A program made the translations under genes and the position numbers. Of a stretch of DNA of 64,000 nucleotides, positions 56,342 through 64,000 are shown in pieces; the stretch's first letter is position 1, and each line of letters starts with the position of its first letter. The stretch comes from Balanoglossus misakiensis (lineage: Eukaryota > Animalia > Hemichordata): assembly GCA_040954595.2 (NCBI GenBank), contig CM082578.2, positions 17,874,728-17,938,727 on the forward strand, given 5' to 3'. A model generated the notes under the pieces. That model was not told the origin of the DNA. It saw only the letters and a program-made list of their open reading frames with translations, and searched no databases.

Positions 56342-59300
56342 AAGTTAGAGCGCACCTGAAACGGTACGTCTGACTTTGACCGTTGATGAAGTAATTCCGA
56401 TTACATAGATAGAATTGTGATTACCGTACAGAGACAAACGTTTGCCAGATAGTTGAAGTAGCCACCCAAATGCGTCGCTTGTGTTCAATAGCTTGAACCT
56501 TGTTGTCATGTTCGCTTCCAGAAGCATCGTGTGCAACGCAAAATAGCTGTTTGTCCTTTCACAGTAATTACTTTGTCAATACATACGTCGTATATCAAAC
56601 CCTTATAGTATGTCTATGATTAAATGGACTCGACTCGCTGACTTCGTCTTTATTAATTGACTTTTGAAACTCCCGCTTTGATCAAACAGATGACACACAT
56701 TGTTGTAAAAAGACTGTTGTGTTCACGTCCGTCAGTTTGCAGGTATCTCTCGTACGGGCAAACTCCATCAATCAAACCCACAATACACCTTCCCCTCGGT
56801 CGTTTAACAGACAACGGGTAATTTTCACGGGGCCCGGCGGTGTCGTGTTCTCGACTTGAAGGTCACGTGCAGGGCATAATTCATCTTTTTTTTTGCTGGC
56901 TCGAGAGTTACCATAGCCTTAGTCCAGCGCGCAATACATGTTATGAAAAACACGCTCTTCCGAAAAACAGTGACTTGGGATGACCGTGTTGCGTTGTGAG
57001 ACTACTATCCACAAGTCTCCATCACAAATCTTGGAAGAAGTAGGACGTCTTGTACTTACGGGATGTGCTTGGAGTCTGGAAGTCGAACTCTGATGGAGTT
57101 TCCCGCCAGCAGGAAGGCCCGGGAGGAAGGCACGCAGGTGATCCCTATTGATTAAACGCCATGTGTCCCGCGGGCTGAAATCAGAATAATTCGATTTTCG
57201 AAATTATACCATTTATCCAATTAGTCAGGCCATCCATACACGAAAACAAGTGGTTTTATCAGTAGGAAAACATCCGTGGGGCCATCAATGATTATACGCA
57301 TTGGAGTATCAAATTTCGGAGGGCTTTGAGAAATTCATGTACACGTCAGTGATTTCATCGGCGTGGAAGTTAATAAACATGCAAGGTTTACTAGTCTGAA
57401 ACGACGGACAACCGAGGAAATACACGTATGAGTGGTGTGAGATTCTAACGAAATATGTCATTTTTACCTGAGAAGGTCATTTCCAGGGCTAGACTAAAGA
57501 CTGGCCTGGTTGGTTTTCTCTTGTACACCGATGTCCCAAAACAGGTAGCCTAGTTCTCGCAATGCAAACATTCCATCTTGTCGGTAGAGGCAAGAAATGG
57601 CAGACTGGATACCAGAACTCATAGCAGAGCGTGGCGGAAACCTTGGCCGGCGACTGAGTTTGTCCGGTTGAATTTTGGTTTGGTTTTGGAGGGTACAACG
57701 GTCCAGTAGCTGTGCTGAAAGTCTGGAATGGTTGCTTGAATGACAGACGTGGCGAGAGTCTCCATTCCACGAATCAAATCCTCCAGGTGTCAGTATGACA
57801 TCAGCTGAACACGTGGTCACGTCTGAACTGGTGCATTGTGCATGTTAGTAGGAACACACCTGGCGTGTATCCAATGCTATTTCGCGACAAAGAGATGCGT
57901 GACATAACGGCCATTCTCGATCTGGCTGTAAAAGTCGGAGTTTTCATTCACTTGGCGCTTTGTCACCGTCACGATCTTGTTTCTGTTCGGCATGCTTAAT
58001 ACTGAGTCACTACAAATTACAACGACCGACTTGATTTGTCTTCGCGGTGTCGTAAAACCTCACGGAGTCTCGCGGGAAATCTGGCATTTACCGTTGACAG
58101 CCTAACCAGCACGTACCTTTTATTTAAATCAGAGAGTTATGCCCCACCTTTGAATACTTAAATACATGGGGAAAACTGACATGCTGACATGACAGGAAAC
58201 ATCTGAAAACAATTTCCAGATTTTTCCTAAGTCCGGTCGGCTCTGCATCAGTCTGGCTGAGACCACTGAGGCTCAAATAATGACGTCAGAGTCAATGCTC
58301 CAACATCCTATGCGACACAAAGTGGATTTGTAAAATCTAATTTAAACCCACAATCATACCGCTGTGATATCTGCTAGAAAATCCACCCAAATATGTCACG
58401 CATAAGTGAAAGTAAAATTTTGTATGATTATAGGGCACACTAGCCAGTTGTTGTCTAAACATATTTTATCTTCTCAGTCCAACATTTCAAGATGGCGCCC
58501 CCGTTTGTATCTGGGTTTCATCACACGATATGTTTCACAATATGTTGAGTTTTATGTTGTACGCGGATCATGTGGAGTCCTGTTCATTTCAGTTAACGAA
58601 GGAGCCACGTGATTTTTCGCCCCACCATACGCCCAACAGAGAGAGAGAAAAGTCTAGCAGGATTCAATAAACATTGACAGAAACATCTTAAAAAAGAATT
58701 GGAGAAAACATTGTATCTCCACGAAGTTGCCATGGTATTCCTTTTTTATTTTCAAATTGTTGGAAGAGGTCACGCAAAGATAAAATGCAAAGTAGAAAAC
58801 TGTTAATAGGAAACATATGGAGTCAAAGGCTTTCTGCAAAGTTGAATTTTCATGAATATATAAAAAGGTTAACATGTTGAGGCGGATTTACGCATACGGT
58901 GACAGAGTTATTACCATGGCAACCGGTTAAGTTCAGGAAGATGCGCTCAGAAATTCATTTTTGGAGGATTGTGACCGCACCATCATTATTCTAGCGCTCT
59001 ATGTAAATAAGCATAGAATACGCCGTCCGTATAACGCTAAAATTATTTCTCCCTGCTTGACTGAATAATTTAATGTTGGATGACTAGAAAAAGAGATGAA
59101 TTTGCATTTGGGATGAGTCTAATGATCTTCTGAATAGTCTGTATCTCTCTGTGGCTAATGAAATTGGTTTCTACAGGGAAGGTTGTGTCGCATTGTCCTG
59201 GGAACGGCTCGCTTATGATTCGACGTTCAACTGATTACCGAGGGACAGAGAAAATGATTAATAGTTCAGTGGGCGTGACTAATGTATTTTGTATTGAGCC

Positions 59301-62300
59301 AGACACAGAGGGTTTGTGTAAAGCTACAGTGTATTAAGAACACGACATCCAACTCCCACTTGTCTTGAAACGATTGCTGCTGTATATTTCTCGTGTATAC
59401 GCGCTTCTCGCCTCTGAATAGTCGATTTTAATTCGGCGTGTGAGTCTGACGTAACCAGAAGGAGAATTACTTGTTGGGTACTGTTCTTGGTGGAGGTTTT
59501 ATACAGAAGGCGATTTCGTCTCTGGTGAGTTGTTTTATTTATAGCCCCATATGTAAGTTTTACCTGCGTTTGACACCAGTTGCATCATGGAAACGGTGCC
59601 GTTTCACGAACCGCTCTCTTCGTGGTATAGCGAGCAGTACCGCGCACGTAATGGCTGTGCCTATACGCGCACTTCTGTTGCCATTAACGGCTGGAGGTCG
59701 TGGTGTCCCTATACGTGCCTTGAAGAGCGCGTGTCGCAGCGTGCCGATGTCTGGCAGTGCAGTGAGTCAACGTAAAGGGACATTCAACGCAGCGTATGGT
59801 AGAAACATTCACAGCAGTGCACAGTGCGACATTATGTCAGTGGCCCAAATCTACGTGACTTTTTTTGCTTTTACGTTAGTGAAACAAACATGTATGTACG
59901 TTTTAAACATTATCAGCGCAAACAAACGTAAAGAAACAACTGCTCTACGTAAAGAGTCCGGCCAGGCGTATAATCTTGGTTATCACGTATCATTTCTGCG
60001 CATCCCTTATCATGTATAAACCATAGGCGTTTTGGTGTTGATTTCACACATTCAAAAACGAGTGAAGAATGCAAGCCAGTGACAATAAGGTATTGTGACA
60101 GCCCAACCAGTTGGCCTCAGTTGCTATCAGCACAATCCGGTGAAAGACAAAAACGCGAGCTGTGTTTCCTTGAACGAAAGGGGCACCCAACACACCTAAT
60201 AATATGATGGTGATAACAATATCACCGTGTTTATCACTTGTAGTTAATTTTGACTGAAGTGAATAACAAATCAATCATGTTCGTTCTATTTAGCCTTCTC
60301 AAAGAGCACATTCTCAAATAATTAGTAACTCGCGCAACGGAAAAAAATGTCTTTCTCTGCTGGTGTCAGTTCAATGTTTCAGAATCTTACACTATTTCGG
60401 GCGGGAAAATCGGTGTAGGTAGGTAGCCGATGATGTTACAACGAGATGACTATCGAGTTAACCGATAACCAAGTATACGGTCGACGACTGTGCCCATGCA
60501 GAAGTACTGCAGATACATCAGACGACATTTAGCATTAGCGTCACATAATGTCTCTTTTAGCGGAAAAGTAATGGAGAGTCTTAATTCTGTGCGCGGAAAG
60601 CAAGCAATAAGACCGTTCCATAGCATTTCCTGAACAGGATTACAGTTATTAACTTCATTTAGAAAGTTAAGGGATTTCATCGTGGAGAAACCGGGGGGGG
60701 GGGGGGGTAAAGAACTTCGATGGACAGAATAACATAGGTTGCAATATGTACGCGTACTGTGACGTGGTGTTAACATTTGGGATAAAGTATTGACCATGTT
60801 GGAATTGATCCGATCCAGGATCCGGACAATATTGATGTACACAGGTACAATATTGTGGTATACGGAATTAATTTCAACTCTTTTGTTGGTCCCTGGAAGT
60901 AATGGCCAGGGAACTGAGGCAGACACTATAGTTTTGACCTCCGGGTCAGCGATTAATTTATCCAACACAATACATCCACTATTAATAGGGAATCTAATCA
61001 AATGTTATTTGCACTTAAAGAAATGTGACTAATAAGGCGAGCATTAACCGACAAAAGGAAACCGTCCATTGTTCTCTACAACCGATATGTGTTAACCGAC
61101 AACAGTATAGTCCGATCTCGCCGGATTTTTCTGAGCGGGCACGTGATCAGTATTGGTTCTTATTAATATAGAGTGTTTAACATGAGTACAGAGTGCGGGG
61201 CTTTAAATTGGCATTCAATCTGTAATATCAGCATTTTACGTGGAGGTCACGTAAAATAATTGGCTGGTCAGCCGCAGCTACAAGATGCAGCTGACCTAAG
61301 TAGTCGTATTGATTAATTATTAAACACGTCGCCCAGGTATTCACACAAGGAAATTAGTTAATAGCGACTAATGACGCAATCTCATTCATGTGTGACGTAC
61401 ATGGCTTACTGATGACATAAATATGCCATTTCCCTAAAATGTATACTTTATTTTTCTTAATTGGTGACGTCATGATGTCATCTTTAGAAAGATGTGTCTT
61501 CATGATGGCAACTTGAAGAAGTACTGTTAGGCTGGTAATGGGCATTTAGTGTGACTTTAAGTAGGCCTTCCAAGAAATGTGTACAATAATTTATTAGTTA
61601 CTTCGACTTTTTGGGGTTAAGATTCCATCAAAATGTTAGATCGAATGAAAACCAAGGCACAAACATACACACGCGGTTGAATAAACACCTCGCGCAATGG
61701 TGCATGCACACAGCAAGTAGCGCCATGGGTCGCCCCGCAGTGGAGTGTACATCCTCGCAGTATACAATTCCGGTAATTGTCACCCTGGGCGTGGAACTCT
61801 GTGGTTCTTACTGTTCGCACACTACTCAACATTCAGCACGACTTGCGTCTGGGACACATAAAGAAGGGTAATGCAGTAAATTATGGACAGGATTGACAAG
61901 ATTCATTTGTGTCCTGCAGGATGTACATAGAGTCATACAACAGGTGGTTTCATTAAATTGTGAGAATGGAACACGAGTTTAAGCTTAAAGTATTTCATCT
62001 TTATGACACAGAGATTAGGGGCTCCTTGTGGCTCTTTTTTCTCCTTTTTGAGACTGCAACAAAGCTCGTCGTTGACAGATTGATTAGTTGGCCTGGTTTT
62101 GCGCAGATTTAGTGCTGTGATGACCGATGCATTGGAACATGACTGCTCCAACAGTGTACCAACGCTGATGGAGATACAGTGCCCACTTTATGTTCTATCA
62201 TGCGTCAAATCGTTCTACTGCACTCTTGTTTCTTAAACTTTGTCAGACAGAGGTTCATAAACTAGTCACCATAGTTAACTAGACCAGACACAGTCTAGTC

Positions 62301-63948
62301 AACTAGTCATACAATGTCAACGTGAACAGACGACGGATTTTGAGTTTAACAACACAGTCGTCCTCCATTGGGTGCGCGCGGGGGGGGGGGGGGGTGCGTA
62401 TATGCGGATCTCAAAAAACATTCTAGTCACGGTTCTCCTGTTTTTTAATAAACCACTGGTGTTGTTACGGATTCCAGCTGTGCAGTGATCTCTGGTCTGT
62501 CGCGTGAATATTTATGTGACATATTAATTCGAAAATGCGACTATGGTAGAAGTTCTGTCACGGTAGTGGGAAGAAAGATATGCGGGGATATTTAAAGGTG
62601 TATTTGAATCCCCCTCACGTATCCCAACAGACGATGTCGGCTCAAGACTTGAAAAGAAACGACTCTATCTCATGACGTATGCGCAGATAATTCGTGTTCC
62701 CGAAATTAACTGTATTAATCTATACCGCCCCTCCCCTCATTGAGTGCGCGTGCTGTACTACAAGTTTGCGACCGTGATGGGAACGAATACGTGTTTTTCA
62801 CTCTCAGTGAGGGAAAAGGGGAACAAGCTTCCTCAATGTATGTCAGCAGACGAATTATGGGTAACCCACGCGGTCGTTTCGCTTCGCAGACACACGTATG
62901 CACGAACAATCATTTCATCCACTGATATATTGTAACGAGATTACCAGTGCCGTAGGATATACACTATTTTTGGGAACACTGGCATTTTTTCTGTATGAAT
63001 TAACGTTAATAACGCTATACCGCGATACTTATAACCTCTGCATCGTCATCAATTAGCTATCAACTGTCGGACGATTCCATCTGTGGCCTCTGATCAGACT
63101 GAAACAGTGGTGCCAACGGCAAATGTATCCCGTACTCTTACGCTTGAGCTGTCTTCTTGAATGCGCCGACCACAACTTGATGTCTCCCCGTCTACATCAA
63201 CTCCGCGGTTCAATAAATTCGAGACACTGGCCACATAACAAAATACCAAGAAAGCGACGGATTGCCGCATCTGTTGTTGCTTAACCACCGGTGATTAAAG
63301 GGACAATGAAGTATATTTCAGTTTCTCTGTTCCGCATGTGAACCACGGCTTCATTCCGCACCTCTAAAATCCGCTGAAACTCCTGGTCATTTTATGATAC
63401 CCTCCACGGATTGCGCTATTTACAAGTTCTGTCAGCCTAACTCTCTCAGCCAGGCCATGCCGTCATTCCCAAGTCACAGAAGTTGCCAGGTTACAGCGCC
63501 GAGCCACTCATCTGAGATCGATCACCGACTTGGATATTTTCAGATTAAAATCTCGCAGACATTCACGGATGGAGAGAGCTACTCACTTTTTTTTCAGGAC
63601 CCAGCGTCCCATCCGTCGCAAAGCATCATTAGGCGTGACGAATTACACGAGCCTGGGGAGACAAGGCAATCCCGCTTCCATATTTTCCCGCTTCCATTTT
63701 ACCATGTACTACCTCCGCTTTGCATGCAGCATACGGATTTTCTGGGTGGGGGAAAAATTATATCAGTCCAACTAGATCAACGGTATATATCAGCTTATCA
63801 TATGATGAAATGATGGATGTAGTCATTTCGGAGTGCAATTATCACATCCGTGAGAGATATTTATCATCATCTTCTTTGAACAACTGGCTATGGATCTCAT
63901 TTGTCGCATGACCAAGTTATGCCCTGGCAATTCGTTGTCATTCATGGG

Positions 63949-63974
63949 AGGTCACTGCGGGTCACTTGGGGTCA
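63949..63974 (+). promoter_or_regulatory. Triple nuclear-receptor half-site array, DR4-DR4
   Basis: AGGTCA ctgc GGGTCA cttg GGGTCA: three consensus RGGTCA half-sites, each spaced by 4 nt. Confidence 0.45.
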
Positions 63975-64000
63975 ATCATTCGCCCCCGTGTCGAACTTAA

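Noticed and set aside
57468-57820. 108-aa ORF whose frame, read through TAG at 57494, would splice in phase 2 to HDAC11 exon 47116
   Set aside because: Needs stop-codon readthrough without a known context; a phase match occurs one time in three by chance.
59471-60019. 182-aa plus-strand ORF
   Set aside because: Starts at TTG, crosses a consensus splice donor at 59524, and has no recognisable domain; likely a chance ORF in GC-richer DNA.
60450-61001. 183-aa minus-strand ORF with polyproline
   Set aside because: The prolines come from a G homopolymer near 60693-60707; no family resemblance and a non-ATG start.

Overview
Eukaryotic, intron-rich, AT-rich animal DNA, probably an invertebrate (a deuterostome such as an acorn worm is a guess; the species cannot be determined here). 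Bases 1-48 kb hold six spliced genes, with exons rebuilt by hand from splice signals and reading frame: ATXN10 (-, 3' exons not found in the window), HSD17B10 (+), a fibulin-1/2-type gene (-, 17 EGF exons and alternative C/D termini), SMC1 (-, 25 coding exons, two GC-AG introns), RIBC/RIB43A (+) and HDAC11 (-, two candidate first exons and candidate microexons). This order joins three human paralogous segments: chrX HSD17B10-RIBC1-SMC1A, chr22 ATXN10-FBLN1-RIBC2-SMC1B and chr3 FBLN2-HDAC11. Bases 48-64 kb are visibly CpG-richer and contain no recognisable protein. They do hold orphan splice-site-bounded exons on both strands, RFX, E-box, CRE and nuclear-receptor motifs, and a candidate type I hammerhead ribozyme with a variant core at about 56.3 kb. 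No rRNA, intact tRNA or CRISPR array was seen.
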